Below, piece by piece: positions 1 to 6,912 of a stretch of 13,143 bases of DNA. A model generated the notes under the pieces. That model was given only the letters and a program-made list of their open reading frames with translations, was not told where the DNA came from and did not search any database. A program made the translations under genes and the position numbers. Source of the DNA: a virus (Duplodnaviria; Heunggongvirae; Uroviricota; Caudoviricetes); IMG/VR virus record IMGVR_UViG_2917413769_000007, positions 1-13,143 of that record. One strand, given 5' to 3'. Numbering within the stretch: position 1 is the stretch's first letter; every line of letters starts with the position of its first letter.

Positions 1-126
1 CGCCATAAATACCGGGAAAGGGATACCTGCATCGGTAATGGTTTCCAGCATCATGTCCTGGTTTTCTGGCACAAATACTTTGTTAAAGCCCGAGGCGAAG
101 AAGAACACTCCGAGAGCCAATCGCAT
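1..126 (-). CDS. Membrane protein, DoxX-like (first 42 codons only; gene runs off the window start); probable host flank
   Basis: Manual minus-strand translation from ATG at 126..124 gives MRLALGVFFFASGFNKVFVPENQDMMLETITDAGIPFPVFMA, a hydrophobic N-terminus typical of small inner-membrane proteins. No convincing SD upstream; in-frame stop at 187..189 bounds the ORF. Confidence 0.3.
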   Translation of the reverse strand, partial: MRLALGVFFFASGFNKVFVPENQDMMLETITDAGIPFPVFMA

Positions 127-429
127 TATGGCTAGTGGGATAAAGCTGCGGGTGCCCGGCGTCTGAAAAAAAAGCCTGCAAACAGGTCATAAATATTCTC
201 CCTGATTATGGGGTTGATTGTCACTTACAGGGAGGTATTTTCCTCCCCGGACGCAGGTAAAGATCATATAGCTTCAGATTCGCTGCGTTATTGAACCATA
301 CTGAACGCAGCATACCAGTGCAAGCAAGGTATAGAAAATTTGCTGTGAGCATCTCGAAGTGAAGTTAAGGAGTTGTTTATAGGATAGGCACCTCCGGCAG
401 CCATTATCGAAACATAGACTACCGGAGAG

Positions 430-560
430 AGGAAAATGATAATGTGTATATATTTGCGTATTAAAAATCAAATAAACTCAATATATAGCGATATAACATA
501 TTGATTTAAAGTACTTTGTTGTATTTTGGATAATCTTTATCGTACCGGATATCATATGGC
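430..560. other. AT-rich segment, candidate prophage/host junction
   Basis: About 130 bp of strongly AT-biased sequence (tatatat, ttaaaaatcaaataaa) between the Tfa remnant and the membrane-protein gene; no ORF of coding character. Confidence 0.3.
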
Positions 561-830
561 CTACGCCTCCGACAAATCAGGCCAGCTAACATGTTCAGGG
601 TCGGTTGTAACATCAACCGACTTAACCTTATTCTTATAATTCAGCCAGGCCGACAGTTTTGCTCTGCCGGTGTCGCTGATTTCCCCCAGCATTAACTCTG
701 TGCGCCAGTCGAGCATAGCTGCATCTGCATGGACCAGCAGTTGCTGGCGAACCCGGTTGGCGGCAGCAATCGATGCGGCATTTTTCGCTTCAGTATTCGT
801 GACCCATTTCTCAACCAGTTGTTTATCCAC
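561..830 (-). pseudogene. Tail fiber assembly protein (Tfa) C-terminal domain, probable remnant
   Basis: 89-aa ORF with GTG start; ending LSAWLNYKNKVKSVDVTTDPEHVSWPDLSEA matches from memory the lambda/P2 Tfa C-terminus ([28 protein letters not shown]). Sits right after replication genes with no tail genes in between. Confidence 0.45.
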
Positions 831-1071
831 CAGATCCCCCTTCGTGCTGCTGCCGCCAATAATTCAAACGTTGTCTGAAAAACTCCCGATAACTCTCCGG
901 CGTCGCGTCAATGTGCTGAATAACAGTCTGGCGAGTAACTTTACGCTCATAGAGCTGACGAACGAGCGCAGCGGCGCGCATGTCGTAATGCTCTTTGAGT
1001 TGGCACTCTTGTGGCCATTTTGCACGATTGAGCGGGAGACCGGGCGGGAGGTAATCCGATTGCCCGGCCAT
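823..1071 (-). CDS. Hypothetical protein (82 aa); possibly the upstream part of a frameshifted tfa-like gene
   Basis: ORF with ATG at 1071..1069; contains YLPPGLPLN resembling the YIPPHTGLPAN motif of Tfa N-regions; ends in GGSGG at a C5/G5 homopolymer (836..840) where the next ORF begins in another frame. Confidence 0.35.
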   Translation of the reverse strand: MAGQSDYLPPGLPLNRAKWPQECQLKEHYDMRAAALVRQLYERKVTRQTVIQHIDATPESYREFFRQRLNYWRQQHEGGSGG

Positions 1072-1074
1072 GCC

Positions 1075-1755
1075 TTAAGTCCTCATGTTTTTCTCTGAGT
1101 GAACGTAGAAACGGGGATCAACGCTTTTCAGCGTGAAGTGTGTAACGGGCATGTCGTCATGCCGCTCGATGCCAACAAAGTTAGACATGCAAAGCGCAAA
1201 GACGCGTTTCTGAAGTTGATCCAGGCTTATTTTGATGTCCGGGTAATATTTTTTGATCGCAGACATGATCCCCTGATATGAGAGCGTTTTACCCTTCATA
1301 ATCGCCACAAGGTGTTCCGCCGGCAGTTCGCTGGATTTTTGGGTTAATTGGGATTCAGTGGGATTCTCAATGGGTTTTATGGTATCCAACAGCAGACAAC
1401 AGCGGCTGGTAATACCTACCCTATAGCCCGTTTTTTTGTCGTAATTCTCTTTGCTTCCGGAAGTCCATACAGTTGCTGTTTCGCGAAGTTTTACTGTCTT
1501 CTCTCCACCTGAATAAATAACGGTTCCCGTATGCGTCTTACTGAAACACCGTGGGTTGGTTTCAACAGGTTTTGATTTTTTAGTTTTTTTGGCCGCGCGA
1601 GCAGTTAATCCCGGAACAGGTACTGGGCGCGGGCAAGGCACATAAACTGAACGGCTGCGAGCCCTAGCACCTGCGTTCATCCGCCAGATGATTACGTTTG
1701 TCCAGTCACAGGCATCGTCATCTGTCGCTACTTTAGGATAAATTAAATCGGTCAT
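1075..1755 (-). CDS. Hypothetical protein (226 aa from ATG 1755)
   Basis: Long ORF after the helicase; ATG at 1755..1753 is preceded on the coding strand by GAGGAAAGACCA (complement of 1757..1767). The ORF-track start at 1779 is a GTG without that RBS. No family recognised. Confidence 0.5.
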   Translation of the reverse strand: MTDLIYPKVATDDDACDWTNVIIWRMNAGARARSRSVYVPCPRPVPVPGLTARAAKKTKKSKPVETNPRCFSKTHTGTVIYSGGEKTVKLRETATVWTSGSKENYDKKTGYRVGITSRCCLLLDTIKPIENPTESQLTQKSSELPAEHLVAIMKGKTLSYQGIMSAIKKYYPDIKISLDQLQKRVFALCMSNFVGIERHDDMPVTHFTLKSVDPRFYVHSEKNMRT

Positions 1756-1793
1756 TGGTCTTTCCTCATTGTATTTCACGCTGGTCAGGCGTT

Positions 1794-3182
1794 TTAGAAT
1801 GCGTCGGTGTTGTACTTCTCTGCATACTTCCGTTGCTGTTTTCTGGGTTTTGCTGCCTCCAGTTGAATACGGGTCTTCTCTTTGCCGACGAGCTGATCGA
1901 TTGGCAGAAAGTGACCGTTTTTAAATTCCTGATAAACCACAGTACCAGCAGCCGCAAACCGGCATTTGCCGAGAATGACCTCAGCCACACCAGCCGCCGG
2001 GCTTTCAGGGTTATAAACTTCATCGCGGTACAGAAACAGGATGCTGTCAGCGTCCTGCTCGATGGAACCAGAATCACGCAGGTCTGACATTACCGGGCGA
2101 CGCTGCGCCGCCGGACGCGTATCAACCGCGCGGGAAAGCTGGCTGAGCGCAAAGGTCGGTGTATGTAGCCGCATAGCCATCGTTTTGAGATTGCGGGAAA
2201 TGTGCGCTACGGCAAGGTCGTTACGCTCTGCTTTCGGTTTCTTAATCAGGCCGAGATAGTCGACCATGATCATTGCCAGATGCGGATGGCGTCGCTTGTG
2301 TGTCTCCGCGATAGCGCGGATCTGTTCGACTGTGAGATCGGTCGCATCGACAATCCAGATGTCCCTGTCTGTAAGTTCTCCAATGGCTGCGGTCAATCTC
2401 GCCCAGTCCTCGTCGTACATGTCCTGAGGATTACGCAGGCGAGAAACGGACAAGTTTCCGGCACCAGCTAGCGAACGTTCAACAATCTGAGCCGCCGCCA
2501 TTTCCATGCTGAAAATCAACGCGCCGCCGCCCTTTGCCGTCACACCTTCAACGACGGTAAGCGCAAACTCTGTTTTACCCATGCCTGGGCGACCAGCCAC
2601 GACAATAAGATCCTGCGGGTTAATACTGCCTGTTGCGTTATCAAGATCCGCAATACCAGTCAGCAAATTGCGCGTGGATTCGTCACCGTCCATACGTTTC
2701 TGTACTGTGTCCATGTAAGCGGGCAAAAGCTCGTTGATGTGTACCGGCTGAACGTCGCCACTATCAGCAGTCATGTCCAGCAGCTGCGCCACTGCATTTT
2801 CGACCACTTGATCTCGTTGCTCCTGGTTGGCAGCTTTGCGGATGCCGTCAGCGCCATCCTGCAGAAGTTTCGCCAGCGCGCGGCTGCGCCAGGCCTTAAC
2901 CATCTTCCCGGCATACCCTTTCAGGTTCGGCACCGTTGCGGGGATACGGGATATTTCAGACAGGTCAGCCAGACTTGAACCGCCCAGCGCTTCGCTGATG
3001 AATAACATGTCGATCATGCCGTTAGTCAGCGCCTGTTTTTTTATCTCGCTGAATGTACGGCGATGAAAACCAATGCTGAATGATTCTTCTGGCGTGGAGG
3101 CGATCACGTCAAATGCGTCAGGAGAAGCACCGCCATTCAACAGGCCAGCCAGCACACACGCTTCCAGTTCCTGAGGATTCAT
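1794..3182 (-). CDS. Replicative DNA helicase, DnaB family (phage-encoded)
   Basis: 462-aa ORF; Walker A GRPGMGKT followed by other DnaB-like C-terminal-domain sequence (IVVAGRPGMGKTEFAL, SMEM, MIMVDYLGLI, SQLSR); start ATG overlaps the upstream gene stop as ATGA (3182..3179). Confidence 0.9.
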   Translation of the reverse strand: MNPQELEACVLAGLLNGGASPDAFDVIASTPEESFSIGFHRRTFSEIKKQALTNGMIDMLFISEALGGSSLADLSEISRIPATVPNLKGYAGKMVKAWRSRALAKLLQDGADGIRKAANQEQRDQVVENAVAQLLDMTADSGDVQPVHINELLPAYMDTVQKRMDGDESTRNLLTGIADLDNATGSINPQDLIVVAGRPGMGKTEFALTVVEGVTAKGGGALIFSMEMAAAQIVERSLAGAGNLSVSRLRNPQDMYDEDWARLTAAIGELTDRDIWIVDATDLTVEQIRAIAETHKRRHPHLAMIMVDYLGLIKKPKAERNDLAVAHISRNLKTMAMRLHTPTFALSQLSRAVDTRPAAQRRPVMSDLRDSGSIEQDADSILFLYRDEVYNPESPAAGVAEVILGKCRFAAAGTVVYQEFKNGHFLPIDQLVGKEKTRIQLEAAKPRKQQRKYAEKYNTDAF

Positions 3183-4432
3183 AATGCCTCTTCCCTGGTT
3201 TTACGCAGTGTTTCGGGTTTCATGAGATAATCAAAACTGGCACGCCAGCCGTCGTGATGCTCGCCACCGAAATAAAATTCAGGAGCGGTGTTGCGAAATT
3301 TCTCAAGGTATCCCAGAAACGCGCCTGTAGTTTTATTGATCATGTGGGCTGCGAGGCGTGTAATCATCTGGCGGCGATCGGCGTCCAGGGTTGCAGCAGG
3401 TAGCACATCAGCAAAAATTTCGTTGTAAGCATCGACTACCGCAACCGGATCAATACTGGCTTCGGTGGTGGCCCATGCCTCAGCGTCAGCCAGATAACCA
3501 TCGAAGCGGCATACTCGACAGATATTTGCCGGTTTAGGGAGGCTGTCACCCCGGCGGCGCCAGGTAGCCAGTACCCAACGAATAACTAACTGAACATCAT
3601 CCAGCGTATAGCCGTCTCGGGTAGTCGTAGGGGTCATAAGCGCCAGGAACGGCTTCATGTCACGGCAGCGAGTACCGGTTTGCACATTGTAAAAATCTAG
3701 TGCTTTTTTAGCATCTGCAAGGATTTGTTCGCGGGAAATATTAGCAACCGAGGATGTTTCTGGATGCGCACCAATCACAGTGATCCCGTCAAATTCGTAG
3801 CGTTCTGTAATTACGCCATCTCTGACCAGAATAAAGCCATCACTAAGCTGTTTTAATTTTGTTATGGATTTATCCCGCACGTTGATTCGATCAATTTCAA
3901 TACCGCATTGTTCACCATCGCTTCCAGTTACTAGTAAATCAACGCGGCCTCTGCGACCGTTACCACGATCAGCTACCGGGTATTCGCGCTGGCAGTCAAA
4001 GCCTGCACCAACAATCGCAGACTCAACAGCATCGTGAAGCTCACCTGCTTTTTCAAAATCAAATTTACCTTCGAGAAGGGAAATCAGTTGCTCACGCAAT
4101 ACATGTCCGCCAACTCTCCCAACGGGAGATTTAGAGGGATATATATTCTCTGTAGTAATCTCTGTATGAATATTTGCTGGTTTTCCACTTACTTGTCTGG
4201 TGGTTTTCCGCACTCCAGTATGTGTTTTTTCCGCATTCTTGTTTGCGGCTATAAGTACCTGATATAAAAACGTCATTATCAACCTTGTAGAAAAGTCGAG
4301 CAGGAACACCTTTTCGTTTTTCCAGCAGTACACCAATTGAGCGAAGTTTTTTACGCGCCCCTTCCTGCTCATAGCGAGAAAGGCCTGTTTCTTCTTCCCA
4401 TTCTTCTTGGGTTTTATATACCCACCCGTCAT
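3179..4432 (-). CDS. Replication initiator (O-like), downstream frame: central nuclease-fold-like segment plus conserved phage replication C-terminal domain
   Basis: C-terminal 170 aa (GYTLDDVQLVIRWVLATWRRRGD...EFYFGGEHHDGWRASFDYL) resemble the conserved C-terminal domain of phage replication initiators, by recollection. The first ~50 codons of the tracked ORF are out-of-frame translation of the N-terminal domain; likely continuation of 4131..4556 across a frameshift. Confidence 0.65.
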   Translation of the reverse strand: MTGGYIKPKKNGKKKQAFLAMSRKGRVKNFAQLVYCWKNEKVFLLDFSTRLIMTFLYQVLIAANKNAEKTHTGVRKTTRQVSGKPANIHTEITTENIYPSKSPVGRVGGHVLREQLISLLEGKFDFEKAGELHDAVESAIVGAGFDCQREYPVADRGNGRRGRVDLLVTGSDGEQCGIEIDRINVRDKSITKLKQLSDGFILVRDGVITERYEFDGITVIGAHPETSSVANISREQILADAKKALDFYNVQTGTRCRDMKPFLALMTPTTTRDGYTLDDVQLVIRWVLATWRRRGDSLPKPANICRVCRFDGYLADAEAWATTEASIDPVAVVDAYNEIFADVLPAATLDADRRQMITRLAAHMINKTTGAFLGYLEKFRNTAPEFYFGGEHHDGWRASFDYLMKPETLRKTREEAL

Positions 4433-4556
4433 CGTCGGATCGGTTAGTCCAGTAGGTCATTTGTGAAAGAAAAAGCGAGGCAGTAACACCAATATTCAGG
4501 CGAATAAAACTACGCTGGAAGGCGATCGGCCTGTCGAGTAGTGGGAGTATATTCAT
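4131..4556 (-). CDS. Replication initiator (O-like), N-terminal replisome-organizer/DNA-binding domain (upstream frame)
   Basis: Motif MTYWTNRSDDDGWVYKTQEEWEEETGLSRYEQEGARKKLRSIGVLLEKRKGVPARLFYKVD, typical of phage replisome-organizer N-domains by recollection; ATG at 4556..4554 sits 2 nt after the upstream gene's stop; sequence degrades after FYKVD. Confidence 0.65.
   Translation of the reverse strand: MNILPLLDRPIAFQRSFIRLNIGVTASLFLSQMTYWTNRSDDDGWVYKTQEEWEEETGLSRYEQEGARKKLRSIGVLLEKRKGVPARLFYKVDNDVFISGTYSRKQECGKNTYWSAENHQTSKWKTSKYSYRDYYREYISL
4147..4235. repeat. Candidate replication-origin iterons inside the O-like gene
   Basis: Direct repeats GGTTTTCCACT (4179..4189), GGTTTTCCGCAC (4202..4213), TTTTTCCGCAT (4226..4236) at about 23-bp spacing, plus TCTCTGTA twice (4147..4154, 4159..4166), next to an AT-rich stretch (4255..4280). 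Confidence 0.4.
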
Positions 4557-4558
4557 GA

Positions 4559-4783
4559 TCAAATCCCCAGAGTTTCGGCGATTTGACGACATGCCGCCTG
4601 ATATTCCTCAGATGACAATTCCATTTCACGGAGTTCTTCTTTCAGTTTTTCATACTGCGCCCAGATAGATAGCGCAGCTGCGCGACGGCCTTCGAAAATA
4701 TCTTCGATATCATCCAGGGTGGCTGGCACCCCGTTTAGTCGAAATCCGTTCCGCCATGTAATGCGGTCGATTGAAGTCAGCAT
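4559..4783 (-). CDS. Hypothetical small protein (74 aa) between the YdaT-like and O-like genes
   Basis: ATG at 4783..4781 preceded by GAGGAAAGACCAAT (complement of 4787..4797); product MLTSIDRITWRNGFRLNGVPATLDDIEDIF...; no family recognised. Confidence 0.6.
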   Translation of the reverse strand: MLTSIDRITWRNGFRLNGVPATLDDIEDIFEGRRAAALSIWAQYEKLKEELREMELSSEEYQAACRQIAETLGI

Positions 4784-4805
4784 ATTGGTCTTTCCTCGAT
4801 ACAAG

Positions 4806-5252
4806 TTAAACGCTGGTCAGGCGCTGTGTTTCCTGTATGGCTTGTAATGCCTGCGCTATACGCTGGGGTCGATCCCTTGCTTCAAGCAACAGAGCAATAA
4901 TCGCCGCGGCAAAATCACGAATCGCAATGCAAATTAACTGCTGAGTGGTCATTCCCAGCTGTGCATATCGTTCCGCAGGCAACGCAGCTTCCATCGCCAT
5001 GGCCAGCGCTTTCGTTTTGATTCTTGCCGCTTTCGTCTCACCACGTAGCCAGCGAAAAATCTGCTGCCGGTTGTTGTTGATAGCCCGCCAGTCAGCATTA
5101 CCTTTCGAATCCTCCATCGGGTGAAGTTTTACGTAGCTGGTATTGCCACCCATTCGAAACCACATGCGAGTGATCTCAATAGCAACATGTTCCTGGCCAC
5201 GCTCAGCAGCCCAGTTGAAGATTTCTCTTTTCAGTTCGTCGAGGTTTTCCAC
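4806..5252 (-). CDS. ydaT: YdaT-like protein (Rac-prophage YdaT family)
   Basis: 148-aa ORF with GTG start and AGGAG 10 nt upstream; segment WRAINNNRQQIFRWLRGETKAARIKTKAL matches my recollection of YdaT; located directly downstream of the Cro-like gene as in Rac. Confidence 0.7.
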   Translation of the reverse strand: MENLDELKREIFNWAAERGQEHVAIEITRMWFRMGGNTSYVKLHPMEDSKGNADWRAINNNRQQIFRWLRGETKAARIKTKALAMAMEAALPAERYAQLGMTTQQLICIAIRDFAAAIIALLLEARDRPQRIAQALQAIQETQRLTSV

Positions 5253-5275
5253 TTCGTCGCGTCTCCTGTCGCTGA

Positions 5276-5298
5276 AAACCTGATTAAGCGTAATCAGA
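5276..5298. repeat. 23-bp element AAACCTGATTAAGCGTAATCAGA with internal palindrome, copy 1
   Basis: Identical to 10629..10651. Contains CTGATTA-AGCG-TAATCAG. Lies between the Cro-like and YdaT-like genes; on the transcribed (minus) strand the hairpin is followed by GUUUUC. Confidence 0.5.
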
Positions 5299-5316
5299 TT
5301 TCAAATACGCTCTTTG

Positions 5317-5517
5317 TTAAGCTGCAGTTGTGTTGTTCGGTTCCAGATAAAATTCGGGGTCATATTTCAAAGCCCCATCAGTAACACGATCCAACCTTGC
5401 AGCTCGGCGCTCAGGTATCACATTTCCCCAGCGAGATACTGCTGGAAGTGAAACTCCTGCGGCTCGAGCCAGCTTTGTGGCGCTCCCAAAGAACGCTAAA
5501 GCATCGTTTTTAAACAT
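5317..5517 (-). CDS. dicC: Cro-like HTH regulator, DicC/YdaS family
   Basis: 66 aa, MFKNDALAFFGSATKLARAAGVSLPAVSRWGNVIPERRAARLDRVTDGALKYDP, matches DicC/YdaS pattern from memory; divergent from the repressor gene; SD GGAG 7 nt upstream of ATG. Confidence 0.8.
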   Translation of the reverse strand: MFKNDALAFFGSATKLARAAGVSLPAVSRWGNVIPERRAARLDRVTDGALKYDPEFYLEPNNTTAA

Positions 5518-5598
5518 TGCCGATCTCCATTTTGTTAACTTTAAGAAACAAAATTACGAGTTAAAGAAAATTAAGTCAAGTAAATTTATATTAACTAC
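5518..5598. promoter_or_regulatory. Divergent promoter/operator region of the immunity switch
   Basis: 81-bp AT-rich intergenic region between divergent repressor and cro-like genes; minus-strand -35 TTGACT (complement of 5574..5579); operator-like 18-mer GTTAACTTTAAGAAACAA at 5534..5551 with flanking inverted repeat TTTGTT/AACAAA. Confidence 0.5.
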
Positions 5599-6009
5599 AT
5601 GAACAAAATCAGCCCTGGCGAGCGCATTAAAAAGCGACGTAAAGAACTCAACCTAACTCAGCGTGAAGTCGCAAAACTCGCGCAGGTATCGCACGTCACA
5701 ATCTCTAAATGGGAAAACGATGACAACGAGCCTCAGGGCAGGAACTTGTTCCAGTTGAGTCAGGCCCTGCAATGTTCACCCACCTGGATTTTATACGGGG
5801 ACGAAGACAAACAGCCCGAGCCTCCAGCAGTATCTGAAGAAGATAAGATCACATTAGATGAGCTTGAAGAGCAGCTACTCGAGCTTTTCAGGGCACTACC
5901 CAGTTCAGAAAAAGAACGCCATTTAACTGAGCTTCGCGGAAAAGTGGACGATTTTAATCGTCTGTTTTACGAATTGCTCCAAGCAAGAAAAACCTCCAAG
6001 AAAAAATAA
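5599..6009 (+). CDS. dicA: HTH (XRE-family) repressor, DicA-like
   Basis: 136 aa; HTH segment LTQREVAKLAQVSHVTISKWEN; LQCSPTWILYGDEDKQP and LLELFRALPSSEKE match my recollection of E. coli DicA; no peptidase S24 domain. Confidence 0.9.
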   Translation: MNKISPGERIKKRRKELNLTQREVAKLAQVSHVTISKWENDDNEPQGRNLFQLSQALQCSPTWILYGDEDKQPEPPAVSEEDKITLDELEEQLLELFRALPSSEKERHLTELRGKVDDFNRLFYELLQARKTSKKK

Positions 6010-6045
6010 ATCCATTAAAATCAAATAAATGGATGAGTGTCGCCC

Positions 6046-6110
6046 TTTTATTTAACTTTTATAAACAAATTTATGTTGACTGATAATTTAACCTTTATTA
6101 AATTAACTTC
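6046..6110 (+). promoter_or_regulatory. Candidate early-left promoter with second operator copy
   Basis: TTTAACTTTTATAAACAA (6051..6068) matches the 5534..5551 operator-like 18-mer at 15/18 positions; followed by TTGACT (6076..6081), a 17-nt spacer and TAAATT (6099..6104). Confidence 0.4.
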
Positions 6111-6217
6111 CATCAACGACGCACTAACCACGCGGCAGTTGTTCAGAAAAACGTTCCGCCGCCGGGCGTAAAGCGGATGAGGGAATCGGCGCTAACAACA
6201 AAGCAATGGGGTGAGTG

Positions 6218-6535
6218 ATGGAATTCAGCAAGCTGCCACACGAAGTGCAGGTAATTGCCGCCAAATGCCTGGCAGACGAAATCAATACAGTTTCAGGTTT
6301 TGCAGGCAATGAGGTTAACCGCGGTCCCGCTAAAGAGCAGGCCAAACAGGTTCGTGACGCATTCATTGCTCTTTTTTCAGAGCGCGAGATGGAAGGTGAG
6401 AAAAAAGCGGCAGCAGAGAGAATTGCTGCCACCATCGCAGGCATGCAGCAACTGATTGGTAGCGATGAGGTGCTAAAAACCCAAGTTAAACATCTGATTT
6501 CAGCGACTGAAGATTTGCTTGATAAGTGCCTGTAA
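6218..6535 (+). CDS. Hypothetical protein (105 aa), first gene after the repressor
   Basis: Coding-like composition (MEFSKLPHEVQVIAAKCLADEIN...); GGGGTGAG upstream of ATG; the opposite-strand ORF 6124..6576 is low complexity and judged non-coding. Confidence 0.55.
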   Translation: MEFSKLPHEVQVIAAKCLADEINTVSGFAGNEVNRGPAKEQAKQVRDAFIALFSEREMEGEKKAAAERIAATIAGMQQLIGSDEVLKTQVKHLISATEDLLDKCL

Positions 6536-6736
6536 TTGGTAAGTGACCGATACACCATCTCCGTTAGATGGTCCATCTACATCAGGAAATCGAAGGGTGA
6601 CATTGTTTTTAAGGGCTTTTAGTTGTTCTGAAGTTAACAGTTTAAGGGCTTCATCAAGCATTACGTTTGTTGCTTCCAGAGTGGCTTCTGAGACTTTTGG
6701 CTTAATTTCCTCAAGCATTTTAGAAAGTTGACTCAT
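6500..6736 (-). CDS. Hypothetical protein (78 aa), convergent with 6218..6535
   Basis: Internal ATG at 6736..6734 of the tracked ORF is preceded by AAGG 7 nt upstream; product MSQLSKMLEEIKPKVSEATLEATNVMLDEALKLL...; candidate -10 TATACT (complement of 6769..6774). Confidence 0.4.
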   Translation of the reverse strand: MSQLSKMLEEIKPKVSEATLEATNVMLDEALKLLTSEQLKALKNNVTLRFPDVDGPSNGDGVSVTYQLQALIKQIFSR

Positions 6737-6885
6737 GTTTTTACCTTGCTGGTTATGTGAGAACGCCCAGTATACCACCGAGCCTGAAGTGGCTAAAAGA
6801 CAGGCAACGAATTCGCGGGTCGCCGCCAGTACGATGACATGCGGGAAAGACCGCAATGAATCCAAAATTGCTGTGTGTAGTCTTT

Positions 6886-6912
6886 GCCCAGCCACCACGG
6901 TGGGCACTTTTT
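6886..6912 (+). terminator. Candidate intrinsic terminator (plus strand)
   Basis: GC-rich hairpin GCCCA-N10-TGGGC (or CCAC-CACG-GTGG) followed by ACTTTTTTTC. Confidence 0.45.

Noticed and set aside
163-186. Possible minus-strand terminator (CCTG-TTTG-CAGG plus T8) upstream of the membrane-protein gene
   Set aside because: Stem is only 4-5 bp and AT-poor; the long T-run alone is not enough to call a terminator.
274-471. 65-aa minus-strand ORF in the left junction region
   Set aside because: No RBS, Cys-rich odd composition, sits in the AT-rich junction; more likely non-coding.
1099-1281. 60-aa plus-strand ORF inside the 1075..1755 gene (and similar short ORFs at 1755..2087, 2041..3066, 8549..9422, 9947..10252, 11451..11904)
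   Set aside because: All lie inside longer, better-supported ORFs on the other strand or in another frame and have no translation signals.
5307-5320. boxA-like CGCTCTTTGTTAA near the cro-like gene as a nutR site
   Set aside because: It is on the plus strand and 3' of the hairpin, whereas the cro-like operon is transcribed on the minus strand; wrong strand and order for a nut site. It also overlaps the cro-like stop codon.
6124-6576. 150-aa minus-strand ORF overlapping the 105-aa plus-strand gene
   Set aside because: Ser/Leu/Cys/Ala-rich low-complexity translation typical of the antisense frame of a real gene; no SD; the plus-strand reading is far more protein-like.
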